A stretch of DNA of 63,436 nucleotides, filler included, from Rhabdomonas costata (GCA_019059605.1; 53 parts of 53 records of this genome joined end to end with filler, not necessarily neighbours in it), one strand, 5' to 3'. Counted from the whole stretch's first letter, positions 1 to 12,487 are shown. Notes: generated by a model not told the origin, from the sequence alone. Numbers and translations are program-made.

Positions 1-1100
1 GGGAGTGGTGTTGGTCTGCCTGAGTACGTAAGTTACAGTGATGGTATCTGGTTCTGGTGTTACTGTGAGGGTATATGGCTGATGATGAGTGTATCCTGTT
101 GGATTTGTATCAAGAGTTGTTTTGATTGAGTTTCATTAGGTGGGCGTGTATCAGTGGTTTCAGCATGTTTCTGTTGTTGTAGTTGGGGTTGGCAATCTGT
201 GAAAGTGGTTGTGTTGGTGACTGTGTTCGATGACTTCCGATCTATGCGTGGGATGTGGTGCTGTCTGTATCTGTGTCTGTGCAAAAACGCTTTTTAGTCA
301 AACATGCCGATTTACTTTTCTCATTTTACATGTTTATCGTCAAACATGGTCTCACGGTATGATTTTATTGAGTTGGTGCTGAGTCTACAAGCGTGACTGT
401 GTGACACAGCAAGAGGTACTACCTGCAGCAGCTACTACCTGTGATAAAGAAACCAACTTGCGCACACGTAAGTATAAAATGCGTGAGTAATAGTACTGGT
501 AAAAGTTGATGCAGGATGGTGTATGACAGGAACATGTTGCTCCAGTACAAAAACTGTGCTGAGGATGAGTTTGCATTAGGCGAGTCACAGACGTAACTCA
601 CAGTTTGGCACACGCTTATGTGCCCATGCATCCAGAGACACAACACGATAGTGCATATGGGTGTAGTACAACCGCAGTGTGTTGGTTACTTTATTAGTAC
701 TACTGCACGCATGTATGTGTGCTAATAACTGGTGTATATTGTGGGCGTAGGCTGTTGGTACACAATCTATTCTTCCAATGTACCGTGTGGTAATCTATGT
801 GTGTCACTACCAACGAAACCTCAACATCAAGTTGCGGCACGTCAAGTGGGTATGTGTGTACTGGTTGTGGTAGCATTGTGTCACAACCTCATAACCTATG
901 TGGTTTCATGGTATTATCTTACCTTGGAATCCGCTGTAATATACCGTGTGAGCCCAGTGACTATGATGTGTTGTTGTGATATCATGTGAGGTCATGGAGT
1001 GGTACCACAGGTTGTGTTAGGCTGACAGGTGGATGCCATCGTGGTTTTTATACCAAAGTGGAGATCGCATAGACATATTCACCAACCCAACTTCATATTG

Positions 1101-1200
1101 NNNNNNNNNNNNNNNNNNNNNNNNNNNNNNNNNNNNNNNNNNNNTTAATTAATTAANNNNNNNNNNNNNNNNNNNNNNNNNNNNNNNNNNNNNNNNNNNN
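1101..1200. other. Artificial contig-joining spacer (first of 52 copies, roughly every 1.2 kb)
   Basis: 44 N + TTAATTAATTAA + 44 N, identical throughout the window; the 12-mer gives stops in all six frames; flanking contigs are all about 1.1 kb, as in a length-sorted assembly. Confidence 0.99.
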
Positions 1201-2407
1201 AGGAGGAGGAGAGAGGAGGCGGTAGGGGTGAGGACTATCCGATGAGATGAGGCTCTGGAGGCTATTTGGCGGCTCACAAGTTGGCTTGTAGAGCAGTTGC
1301 CACTTAGCGGATCCCATTCGGTTTTATCTCCTTCCATCCCATCCTTTTTGGGGTCGTTTTCAAGCATGCCCATGTGTATTCTCCTCCCTGCGCAGAAGGC
1401 GAGGGTATATCCAAGGGCAAAAGAATCAGCTCCGCATCACCCGCACCGCGCTACTTGCTCCAAACACACATTCACCCCAGGACTAAACAAATTCAGACGC
1501 ATAGCGCAGCACACGGACACACCCCATTCAGAACGTAGGTTTGCACAAGTGGGGAGGCTCTCGAGGCCCCCGTGGAGGTAGCATCCCGCGAGAGCGCGGG
1601 GGAGTTGCCCCTGATTTTTTGCCCAGGCAGGGAAGCAGTCGAGGACAGCAGCTCAGCCAGCGGGGAAGACATTTGCGGAAGGGTGGGGGGAAGGGGAGAG
1701 GGGCAAGGAAAAGCAGTCCAGCGACTGCCCGACTACCGCCGCAAGCTCAGCAGGTTCATTCGCGGCAGGGAAAAACTCAAAGCGGGCATGTGCCGACAAA
1801 ACGCACAAGCAATAACCCCTGACAGTGCCACAATAGTAGTGCGTGTGCCAGCGAGCATTTCAAAATCACATTGAGACTCAGCTCTTTCAATTTGGATGAC
1901 AGTGGGTTAGAGTCACAATGGTAATGGCGCTGAAACCTTTGACTGTGCATAAACAGGAAAGAAACAGTGAAGGGGTAGTGGATAGTTCCAGAATACCGCT
2001 CAAAACTAAACTACTTCTGCAGACTGTATTTGAACTGCATTGCGAACAATGTGCTATAAACAATCCGCCAAAAGCCATCATGATAACCCTGTATTGCCGG
2101 ATTTGGAGTCACATTTGGAGTTGGAGTCACACAGGCCCAGCGATGCATCTGCGCCAGCCGAGGCAGCACTGTCATCGGAGAAGCAGGTTGCAGGTAAAAT
2201 ATACGAAATATTCAACCTAGCCAAACGTCATTACAAAACGGAAAGGTTCACGAGAATCACCTCCCAAATGAAAAGGAAAAAGGAGAAAGAACACAAAACA
2301 NNNNNNNNNNNNNNNNNNNNNNNNNNNNNNNNNNNNNNNNNNNNTTAATTAATTAANNNNNNNNNNNNNNNNNNNNNNNNNNNNNNNNNNNNNNNNNNNN
2401 GTTTGTG

Positions 2408-2560
2408 GTTTATTGCCAGGGTGTGCAGCACTGGAGAGTTTCCCTCAGTGGACGTTTTTAGGTTAGCCCGTCTATTCCTGCCTCCTGTGGACGGGGGTTA
2501 CCGACTTGAAAACGTCCACTGAGGGAAACTCTCCAGTGCTGCACACCCTGGCAATAAACC
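2408..2560. repeat. Fold-back inverted repeat at contig end (probable amplification chimera)
   Basis: About 51-bp arms 2408-2458 and 2509-2560; the left arm is an inverted copy of the end of the exonuclease exon and abuts the primer tract. Confidence 0.85.
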
Positions 2561-3489
2561 TCAGATCAAACTCGATATTGTAGCCCACCGCAATGTTGCC
2601 TTCAATGCTGCGGCTAATCGCTCGCAGAACATCATACTCGTTTGGAAGATTCTCGTTCAGCAGCTGGTTTTGAGTAATGCCCGTTAACGTGACCAACTTA
2701 GAGCTTCTCGGGTCCCTCTTCCAATGCACCAAGCTTGACCACAATGGTTGGTGGGGCTCACCTGAAGGGTCAAAAGGGCAAAGGGAGCACAACATAATAG
2801 TCACGTGGTCTGTCAATGCGATCTTGATTTTCTTTATTTTCTTGACCTCACCCAACTCACACGTTCTAACTTCGCGCACCACGCGCTCCAGTCAAACCAT
2901 TCGCGCATTGCGGAGGGAGGGGTCCAAGGACCAACGGCGTGTCCTTTCGGAAACTTCAGAGAGCTCTCCATTAGTGCCTTTAAGACCTTTCTAAGGCTGC
3001 GGCAATGGCTCAAGCGATCCAACCGAGACCTTAGCCCACCTATCGACGGTACCCAGGAGTGCTTCACACAAAAAGAAATACTAGCCTTAATATTAGCACG
3101 GAGTAGGCCACCCGTCGAGGAATTTTTTCAAACCATTTTGCCTTTTAGTTCATTTTGGCCCCCCGGTTAGTGGAAAAATCTCGCAAGGTCGGCTTGTAAA
3201 AGGTGCAGAATGATGTGGTGCAGGTAAACCAGACTTCTATATTTCAAAGAGCTCTTTCCACAGTAAACTGCGAACCTGCGCCGTCCACCAACAAAGTGGC
3301 AGCTTCAATAATGCGATCAGTGTATCTGAATCCGGTGGTCTCCAGGTCGAAGACAACCAGGCGGCAGTCACGCGGGTTACAGAGTATTGAATCCTCTAAT
3401 ACAGAATGAGCATTTCCATCGTGGAAGAGGCGAAAGCCTCTTCTGGCGAACCTCGAAAGTCGAGCATAAAGCAAACATCGTGAGAGCAT
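2547..3489 (-). CDS. DEDDh (DnaQ/Pol III epsilon-like) 3'-5' exonuclease, N-terminal part, with putative mitochondrial presequence; exons 3489-3276 and 2761-2547
   Basis: Exo I motif VVFDLETTG..DRIIE; removing GT-AG intron 3275-2762 (phase 1) continues the frame into LTGITQNQLL..P..YDVL and Exo II motif VGYNIEFDLRF; N-terminus MLSRCLLYARLSRFARRGFRLF is Arg-rich with no acidic residues. Confidence 0.85.
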
Positions 3490-3593
3490 GAAANNNNNNN
3501 NNNNNNNNNNNNNNNNNNNNNNNNNNNNNNNNNNNNNTTAATTAATTAANNNNNNNNNNNNNNNNNNNNNNNNNNNNNNNNNNNNNNNNNNNN

Positions 3594-3619
3594 GTGGTGG
3601 GTGTGTTTGGGTTTGGGGG
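3594..3619 (+). other. Residual whole-genome-amplification primer/adapter (G/T-only); representative copy
   Basis: GTGGTGGGTGTGTTTGG followed by G/T bases at contig start; same core at 13189, 27575, 29972, a variant at 16788, and reverse-complemented at about 31045-31070; most other contigs begin G/T-only and end A/C-only. Confidence 0.85.
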
Positions 3620-4544
3620 TAGTCCCGGGTGGCTTCGCGGTCCTTGTGGGCTTGAACCTGCTCCTCGGTCAACAAATCCTCCAGCACTCCGTTGAGCAGC
3701 ATGCGGTCGAGCTTCTTGGGGCTGATCTGCAGAATCGTCCGGACCTGCTTCGGGGTGAACTCTCCACGCAGGTCCTTCACCTGCGAGCCACGCACAACAA
3801 CTACGGCATGCTTGCAATCCGGTGAAGAGGGTTTTGCTATGAACCATACTCTCCATTTTGCGCCTAGGTTCGGAAAATGTTGGGCAAACCTGCGCTGACA
3901 CGATGCACGTAAAAGCAGAACCATACAGCCGGAAAGTTTTCCTTCTTTTTTTCGCCGTTGGCGTCCTTCGCAACGGGCTGGAACGGGTTTAGTGTGATGA
4001 GCTTGCTCGACGGGCTCTACGCTAAGCGCCACCGAGGTCTTGCCCAGACCTGACACAAAGCGGGTGTGCGGTCGTCCCTCAGCAGAGAAGCAGAGGGTGT
4101 CTGTGCAGCAAAGTGTCAAGCCTGCTTTCCCGGTCACAGCATTCCAGCAGTTTGTGGCACTTTTGTTTGGCTGGGCGGGACTATTTTTGGATAGTTGCTT
4201 TTGTTGCAGCCTGAAAAATAGGAGAACTCGAGCAGTCCACCGATTTTTAACCTCCCCAAAGGGCACGGCCATCGAGGCATGTGTGGAAGTGCATGGGGGG
4301 TGAAGAGGGTGGAATGCCTTTCTGCGGGCCCACTTTTTGGCCATCTGGATCTCCAGCTTGCGCGGAACGTAGAAGGGATTCATCCACGCCTTGTGTGGGC
4401 GGATGAATTTGGGCACCTCCTGGAAGGGGTACGCCTTCCTTAGGTAATCGCTGCGACGCCCCAGAGGAGGAAGACTTTGCCGTGCCAGCTCCGTGCGCAG
4501 CCGGAACAGCCCTTTTTCGGGGAGGGGAGGGGGTGGGTTCACAA
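3620..4544 (-). CDS. Hypothetical basic protein, probably two exons (4544-4318, 3780-3620)
   Basis: Two high-GC3 protein-like blocks (GLFRLRTELARQ..KKWARRK and VKDLRGEFTPKQVRTILQISPKKLDRML) joinable in frame through AAG|GC..CAG|GTG; family not recognised. Confidence 0.45.
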
Positions 4545-5507
4545 CTGGACAAATAATGAAACCAGCCACCAACCCACCCACTCACATTCCACATTACAGG
4601 AGAGAAAAAAGGGAGAAGAGGAATCAATGGAGTAGAGCGAGCTGAGACAGAGCTTTGGGTGGGTTCCCCTATAGTGCGCTCCAAACCCCCCAANNNNNNN
4701 NNNNNNNNNNNNNNNNNNNNNNNNNNNNNNNNNNNNNTTAATTAATTAANNNNNNNNNNNNNNNNNNNNNNNNNNNNNNNNNNNNNNNNNNNNGGGTTTG
4801 TGTTTCTGGGGTCTCATTTTTTTTGGGGGGGGGGGCAAAAGGGTCTAAACAATAAAACCATCGTAAGCTGTTTCTCGAAAACTTTTGATACTCTGTGCAC
4901 TGAACAGACCTCCAGCTCAAATTTTGTGCGCCCCCAGCCTGCACCACAACAGCAGGTGTTGACGTCCACAGTAAAGTTGTGTAGCATTTGTTGTGTTGCT
5001 CATTTTTCCCAGTTGATGTTTCGTCTTATTATGAGATTATAAGCATTCCACAACTTGCTGCAAACGCGAACGATCTTCCTGGTGCAATATGGCAATTTCA
5101 ATTTATTTGTTTGCGACTGGATCATATTTTGCGTTGCTGTGGTGTGTGTAGTTTTATTTTGTGCCGTCATTCCTGAGGTTCTGAGGTTCTTTGGTACAAG
5201 GGACCTTGGTGGGACATTGCGGAAATTCAAAGCTGGAGTGAGATGGGTCGGAGGGTAAGGTTTGGGCATTTCGGACTGCTGAGGCATCCTTTTGGTTCCT
5301 CGAGCATCGATCACTGACCGTTTATTCGTTCGATCAAATGAGGAATTCCCTCTCCTCGCGGCCTACTGTCGATTTCGATGCCGCTGTCTCCGCTCTCCGC
5401 GACACATACTGCTACTTTTTCACAGCTTCAGTGTCATCTTTTTTCAACGCTTTCCTTACCTGTTACATGTGCGCTTTCCGCATTACATTCGACATGCCTG
5501 TGCCTGT

Positions 5508-5879
5508 ATGATGTGGCACCGAGTGCTTGTTCCTTTTCTGTTGCTACTGTTTATCCCCTCTTGGGGTGTCCTCTCGGTGGATGCCCTGTCTGGGCTGCCC
5601 GGGGGTGGCACCAGCCTGGCCTTCTCCAGTGATCTTGCGGCGGCGGTGATCCCGAAGTTCACGTACCTCGCGGGGGCGCGGAACTACTCCATGGAGGCGT
5701 GGGTGTACTCCCGGTCCACGGCGGAGTTGCCCGCGGTTTTGACCTTCGCTACGCCCACGTTTGTGGAGTACTGGACGATCACGCTGGGCGACGAGGCGTT
5801 CTTCTCGTTGAATGGGAGTGTGGGGTACTTCCCGTACATCCGAGGGTTTGTGGGGTGGAGGCACGTTGCGATGACGGGA
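5508..5879 (+). CDS. Secreted/surface protein with signal peptide and LamG/concanavalin A-like domain (5' part)
   Basis: Hydrophobic N-terminus MMWHRVLVPFLLLLFIPSWGVLS, then YSMEAWVY...GWRHVAMT, the LamG_3-type pattern; high GC3. Confidence 0.7.
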
Positions 5880-7236
5880 AGTACCCCACACCCNNNNNNN
5901 NNNNNNNNNNNNNNNNNNNNNNNNNNNNNNNNNNNNNTTAATTAATTAANNNNNNNNNNNNNNNNNNNNNNNNNNNNNNNNNNNNNNNNNNNNTTGTGGT
6001 TTTGCCCACAAAAAAGTGTTTGCCACTAATCCTAAATGTTTAATACTGCCAAACACTTTTTTGTGGGCAAAACACAATCAAGTCCGTGTGGCCATCACTG
6101 AGGTGGTGACTCCCCCTAAACATTTGTCGACTAGTGGATCAATGGAATCGTCCTCCCTTGCTAGGCTTTGGTTTCGACATCACACAGGATTATTTTACGG
6201 GAGGAGGCTTATCCGCAACAGCCGGAGTGAACGACTAGGTTGGGGCCTTCCACTGGGTCGTGCATCAAACTTTAGCGCACTGGGTTTAAGCAAGCTAAAT
6301 TCGCCAACCGCCTATAAATGCAATTCTGTTTGCAAAATTGGGTTGGGTATACTGGTTTTCCGCTTCCTAGACAGAAAGAATAATCATTTAGGGGCGGGGT
6401 GGGTGCAGCCTTCTTCTATCACCACCCACAATCTCAGTGCTGACTGACAACACCGGCGCGCACCCCTTTGAATCTTTCATCCCGCATCCCGCGCGCACAC
6501 CAGTTTTTGCTGCAGTCCCCCTCCCAGTTACTCTTACACCCTCCAGGAGTGTGCTTTCCCGCCGCTCTCTACCCATTGGCGTACCTTCCGGCTTCCCATC
6601 TCTTTCTTGTTCCGTAAGTGTTGTTGTTTGCTGTTTGCACGTGGACTTACCAAGTGCCGAACCGTGTTCAATGCAACATACCCGCGTGCATGTATTTGTT
6701 GCAAGAAAAGAATCTTCAACTTTTATTTCTTTTCCGTTTCTTTTTAAACTTAACCTTTAAACTTAAATTTCCGTTCCAACGGGCAAGTGAGGTAGAAAGT
6801 TGGGAATGAGTTTTATCTCCTTTAGTTGGGAACAATCGAAAGCCAAACCTTAATTAACAAACTTTCTTGTGGACCTTCGTAAACCCTCGGCTTCATGGGG
6901 TAAGCTGCAGCAATGAATACACAACCGCCAAAGGGCACCAAACCCGACCGAGGATGAAAGGTCAGGAAACACATGACCCAAGCACCGCGTTACGAAAAAA
7001 AAAGACCTCAGGCTCCTTCGGCTTAGCCCTCTCGAAATCACTAAACAGCGGCCATGGGGAAGGAGTTTCAATTAAGCACCACCACCACCCCGNNNNNNNN
7101 NNNNNNNNNNNNNNNNNNNNNNNNNNNNNNNNNNNNTTAATTAATTAANNNNNNNNNNNNNNNNNNNNNNNNNNNNNNNNNNNNNNNNNNNNGTTGTTGG
7201 GGGTTCGCGGTTGGCGATCAGCGGTTACCGGTCAGG

Positions 7237-7287
7237 GGATAGCAGTTTGCAGTGGATAGGACTTTGCAGTGGATAGCAGTTTGCACT
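7237..7287. repeat. 17-bp minisatellite, 3 copies
   Basis: GGATAGCAGTTTGCAGT / GGATAGGACTTTGCAGT / GGATAGCAGTTTGCACT. Confidence 0.85.
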
Positions 7288-7762
7288 GATCTTAGAGCAG
7301 ATGCGTGTTAATAATTTTGCGATGCAGTTGGTGTTGCAGTAGTATGTGACTGTGAGCACTTCTCGCAGAAAGGCAGTCTCTCCTACATTTCCTTGGGACC
7401 ACAGGAGGGGGGGGTCAGGGTTTCACGGTTAACGCTGCAGTCAGTGTGTGAGAGTGCGTGGTTTGAGTGAAGGAACAAAGAACTCCGAAGACTGCTAAGC
7501 ATACCACCACTGCAGCTCGCTTCCCTATGCCAAAGTTCGGATTCGAAAAACTTACCTTTGAGGTTCATTGGTCCAACGGATGGACATCCTCTTTTTCGGA
7601 AAGCTCAGGAATTGTCGGTTCATCAAGATGCGTCCAATTTTGCCCTTTATTTGGTTGGTCTGCTTCGGCATAGCCCTATTCAAGTGTCACTGTAATCTTT
7701 GGTCCTCAAAAGTATTCATAAAACTGCGCAACAAAAGCAGGGTTCCCCTGCTGGACGGCGAC

Positions 7763-7884
7763 CTGGCTCCCGCGGGCTCGTCGCCGTCCTCCGGCTCCTC
7801 CGCCTCAGGATGCTCCTGGAGGTAGGCCAGCCTCTGGCAGTTCGTGCTGATGGTCACCAGAAGCAGCTCAAAGACAGAGGCCTC
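7763..7884 (-). CDS. Internal exon of unknown protein
   Basis: GTGCAG| acceptor, then high-GC3 frame EASVFELLLVTISTNCQRLAYLQEHPEAEEPEDGDEP; donor uncertain. Confidence 0.35.
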
Positions 7885-8422
7885 CTGCACGCAGGACCCC
7901 ACACATACCACACCCATACATTCACAAACGACGACGTGACACCGTGTGCCTGGTGTTGCCCCCTTTCTTCTCCACCTGTTACTTTTTCTGGGTGGGGTGA
8001 GGTGAGGTGGGGGGTGCAGCGGTCGTGCTGGACGATTGACGCACGTGCTTCACCAAGGTTGGTGCCCACATCGTGCATGTCATGTCAACGATGAGAAGCA
8101 AAACAAAAAAACCGAGGTCACCCGCACATCTGAAAAAAGCTGTATACCGAAAAGCTGAACCCAGAAGCTTCGAATCCTCAATAAGCAGTTCTACTGACAA
8201 GGTATACTATGGGAAAATTTCATCTGGGTCCATCCAGGAGCCGCCAAGAGGCACCAAAATCGGCCGAGGGGGGGAGGGGTTGCCCCACAAACNNNNNNNN
8301 NNNNNNNNNNNNNNNNNNNNNNNNNNNNNNNNNNNNTTAATTAATTAANNNNNNNNNNNNNNNNNNNNNNNNNNNNNNNNNNNNNNNNNNNNTGGGTGTA
8401 GTCGTCACAACATACGCCACAC

Positions 8423-9104
8423 CGCGCTGCGCCAAAAGATCCTCCCCAGAGGATGGAGAATGCCCCAGAACGGCCGGATTGAGAGGGAGGAGCTGCGCCG
8501 TGCCCCACTGCGCCAGCACCTCAAGCGCGCACTTCACCGCGCGGTACTCCGCTCGCGTGCACCGCCGGGGGACGTTGAACAGGGCCAGCACGCGGTCCCC
8601 AAGGACTTTGTCCACCAGCCCGCGGTGCGCAGTGACCTGCTCGTGCACGACCTCGATGTAGCGGTGGTATACGCGCTGCAGCTGTAGCAGGGGGGGGGTC
8701 GGGCACTCGCTTTAAACAAAGTTTGGAAAAAGGAAAGAGTGGCGCAAGCCATGGAAGCGTTGGGACCGTTGGGAGCATGAACCTGTCCGATAAAAAAGGG
8801 AGGTGCAGCATGGTTGATTCGACACACTTAAGAAGTTGCCGTTCATCCAAAACCCATTAGGGGCAGCAGCGCACAAAAGGCAGAAGAACGCTGGAGAAGG
8901 GAACAGCTGGAGAGCCTTCTCAAGGTCCTTGGCGGCCGTGAGGGCGGTAAACCCGCTCAGATCGAAGCAGGCCACGGTGCAGAGGCGAGAAGTCTGGGAG
9001 AAGGCCAGGTCTGGAGGACCCGAGCTAGTTGTGGTGGGCACAGTATCACCAGCTGGGGTGCCCGGGAAGGCCTCAGATTGTTCTCGGATCAACGCCCCTG
9101 TACT
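8423..9104 (-). CDS. Class III adenylate/guanylate cyclase catalytic domain, partial; exons about 9104-8916 and 8681-8423
   Basis: TVACFDLSGFTAL and VDKVLGDRVLALFN..RAVKCAL carry both metal-binding Asp; removing GC-AG intron 8915-8682 gives the expected 35-residue spacing between FTAL and GD. Confidence 0.88.
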
Positions 9105-10588
9105 CTGTTCAAGCACGACCAGGCAAAGAAGCACAAGGTGCTATTTTGAAGAAAGACGCGGCTGAACCGAAGAGCTTGTTTCGCGTCAATGACAGTGATT
9201 ATTCATCGGTGAATGATCGTCGAAAAGTGGACAGTCCCATACCTGCATTTCCGGCGTGGAAAAGAAGACGTGCACCGTGTGTTTGACAGGACGCACGCTG
9301 CGTGTGGGCGTTAGTCAAAGAACGGAAGTACGTTGACGGCCATGAAGATGCCCGGGGTATGGTTCACAAACCCACCCACCCAACCACAGGCGTCAGCCAG
9401 TGAGGTTGACAAAAATACACACACACACACACCATCACACAGACACAAAAAGACCGGACTTGCTGGCTCCACCACAAACCAAACACACAANNNNNNNNNN
9501 NNNNNNNNNNNNNNNNNNNNNNNNNNNNNNNNNNTTAATTAATTAANNNNNNNNNNNNNNNNNNNNNNNNNNNNNNNNNNNNNNNNNNNNCCAAGATCCC
9601 TTGGAGAAGTTACACCAGCACAAGGATAAGCGACACAAGCAGATATTCCAGGACGCATGATGGAGCTACTCCGTGTGTGCCGCGGACGCGCAAGGAGGAT
9701 TACATTATCAGGCCAGCCCGACCACCAGCCAACATAAGGGCACACACGAGCACACCCTCCCACACTGGAACAGACATTGCACGCCGAAGCGGCAACAAGA
9801 ATCACACCCCATCACACACCACCACGCATGCCGCATTCATCATTCCACCCTTCCACTCTGAAGTCCGGAAGGCTTTTCCATCACACGCCCTCCCAGGCAT
9901 GTTCGTAACTGTTTCTGTAGCCGCCTTGCGCATTGTTTTCGTGCTGGCGCCACAATTGTAAAAGCTGGTGCACTTTACTGGTGTGCCTGTTTTTCTGTGC
10001 TTCTTCTTTCAGGCTTCTGTGTGTGTTCTCCACGTGCGTTGCTTTGATGGGCATTGGTCTTTTCTCGCTGCCATTGCCTTGACTCAAGACCTGCGGATTC
10101 ACCCATTGTTTTTGCCCAGCCAAGCGCCCCATTTCTGACCTTCTCTCCGCCTCCAGTCGCCTGTTTCATTCGTTTTCCAGATCGTCTCTCATAGAAGCAT
10201 CCATCTCTTATATTCCGGCATTGCCCTACCTCCTCTGACATTATGCAATACTTTTAATCATGCCCAAGTAAGCTTAAGTGTCCTATTTTTTATTTTCAAC
10301 CTTGGAAACCGCATTTATGCGCAAAACAAATACAAGCCTTCTCCATTGCTTTACCGGCTTAATAAACGTCCATTGAAATAAAAGACCACTTGTTGTAAAA
10401 CAAGCGGAAACGTTTGAGTAACAAAATCCACGAAAACCACCACTTAAAAAGTAAAAAAACAAGCTACCTAAGGGCCGTGCGCGCCAAAACGCGTGGTTTT
10501 GGAAATACAGGACGCGAAAAATAGAATCAGGACTTTTTGGAGCACTGCTGGAAGTGAACCTTGGTGGGAAATGGAAGTAGAGTTATGG

Positions 10589-10690
10589 AGAGGGAACTAG
10601 CGAGAGAGAGAGTCGGGCACAAAAGTGGAAGAATGGCTATGGCATCATGCCAACTGTTGCGCTCGACTCTCTCTCTCGCTAGTTCCCTCT
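10589..10690. repeat. Fold-back inverted repeat at contig end (probable chimera)
   Basis: 27-bp perfect arms 10589-10615 and 10664-10690. Confidence 0.8.
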
Positions 10691-10796
10691 NNNNNNNNNN
10701 NNNNNNNNNNNNNNNNNNNNNNNNNNNNNNNNNNTTAATTAATTAANNNNNNNNNNNNNNNNNNNNNNNNNNNNNNNNNNNNNNNNNNNNTGTTGG

Positions 10797-11038
10797 TGTG
10801 TTAAAATGCGGCATACCATCGGTCCAGTTCAACATATGGAGCATCTCCTCCTGCACAGGACTATCAGTCTGCAATCCACACCCATGCGAGATGTGGCAAA
10901 CCCACGCTGATTCGCTCCACAACCACGGGGAATGGCTCGCCGCATCTCGCATGGGTGTGGATTGCAGACTGATAGTCCTGTGCAGGAGGAGATGCTCCAT
11001 ATGTTGAACTGGACCGATGGTATGCCGCATTTTAACAC
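10797..11038. repeat. Fold-back inverted repeat at contig start (probable chimera)
   Basis: About 97-bp perfect arms with a loop of about 45 nt, directly after the G/T primer tract; explains the mirror-image ORFs in the track. Confidence 0.88.
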
Positions 11039-11552
11039 TGCAACCAAAGCTTCTGAAAGCAATTAATACGAAATCATATCAGAGAGCTTCATTAATGCCG
11101 TGTCTGGTGAAGGCAAGCTAGGAAAGCTCCTACTCGAGAACTGGCACCAAGGAAGCAGAGGAAATGGCAGCGAATTAGCACGGAAACCTTCAGCGTTGAG
11201 AAGAAGAAACAAACACATAGAGGATGCGCGCACAAACCGCCGAAAACGCGGGGGGTTGAGCGCACAAAGACACAGGGCAGACAGTAGCGCAAATGTACTA
11301 CTCAGAACCTTCCGCGTTCACTGGACCATTGAGTTGGCCATTATTAGAGATACAGAGCTGACAGGGGAGGTGGACACGCTGAGGCTGGTCAAGTGAACTA
11401 TTTTATACAAAAGAATACCCGTTTTGTAAACGAAGACCCGTTTAAACTCTCACTGTGCAGTACACAGCTGGAGCAGCAAGACTCACATGAATTGTTTGGG
11501 CAGCGACTCCAATTTGCAAACCCAAGCACACATCAGCAGCACCGAAGCACAC

Positions 11553-11666
11553 CTCAATCGAACGCACCGGGACTCGGGCGGCGGACACAATAAGATCACT
11601 GATCCGGAGCCCAGCGCGGTAAGCTGGGCTTCCAGCCACTGCACCCACAACACAAACTCTCAACAT
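11553..11666 (-). CDS. PDZ-domain exon
   Basis: VCVVGAVAGSPAYRAGLRISDLIVSAARVPVRSIE matches the PDZ GSPA.RAGL..GD.I pattern; ends GAG|GTGTGC; 5' boundary approximate. Confidence 0.7.
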
Positions 11667-12487
11667 AATTCTCCCCACAAAAGCTGCCCACCACCAAGAC
11701 GCACCCCCCCACCTCGGTTCTTGGGGGTTTGACTCTTTGACTGCCCGACTGCACCCGAAGCAGAGAACGAATTTCCATGGATGCAAAGGCAGTTCCCCCC
11801 TCCGCCCGTTCCCCTTTCCCCACAGAAAGATGCAGTTCTCAGAAGTTTGGAGAGGAAGTGACTCTACATCGAGGAGCTCCAAAACCAACNNNNNNNNNNN
11901 NNNNNNNNNNNNNNNNNNNNNNNNNNNNNNNNNTTAATTAATTAANNNNNNNNNNNNNNNNNNNNNNNNNNNNNNNNNNNNNNNNNNNNGGGGGTGTGGG
12001 GGGAAGCATCAGTGGAAAGCAAGGCTGGTACTCAAAATCGAGCTCTGGGTCCTGCAGGGTTTAGATGGTGATTCACGTGGCCCTGAAGAGGAGCTAAGTT
12101 TCGCAGAGAGTCAGTGGGCGGCACACTGAAGAGGAAGTAATGTAATGTCAGTCATTGTCCTCGCTACCCAACTTGCACTCTAAGCGCACCCTAAATGGTG
12201 GGTCAGGTTTACAAGAGTTACAAGGTTTGAAACAAAAATCGGTTTGCACTCAGAAATCGACCTGGGTTTGCTGCCGGCGGACATACGCAGCCTAAAGGCG
12301 TTTTTCCATTACAGTGAGCAAGCACCTAGGACAAAAAACCCGCACACCGCAAAATTACTCGCGATCCGACAATCGGCACGTGGGTTGTCGTCCCTAAATC
12401 AATTTCCAGCGGGGCAAACACAAAAGGACGCGCCCCGCGCCGAAACGCCCTAGGAAACACATGCAAAGCGCCCGTACTCTGACAAAC

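Noticed and set aside
1..1100. Mitochondrial or cryptic edited gene in the G/T-rich first contig
   Set aside because: No respiratory-chain or rRNA motif in the frames I examined, even with TGA read as Trp; looks like degenerate repeat DNA
10797..11038. Long perfect palindromes as hairpin telomeres, miRNA precursors or foldback transposons
   Set aside because: All seven sit at contig ends, mostly next to primer tracts, share no sequence with each other, and one duplicates part of a coding exon; typical self-priming chimeras
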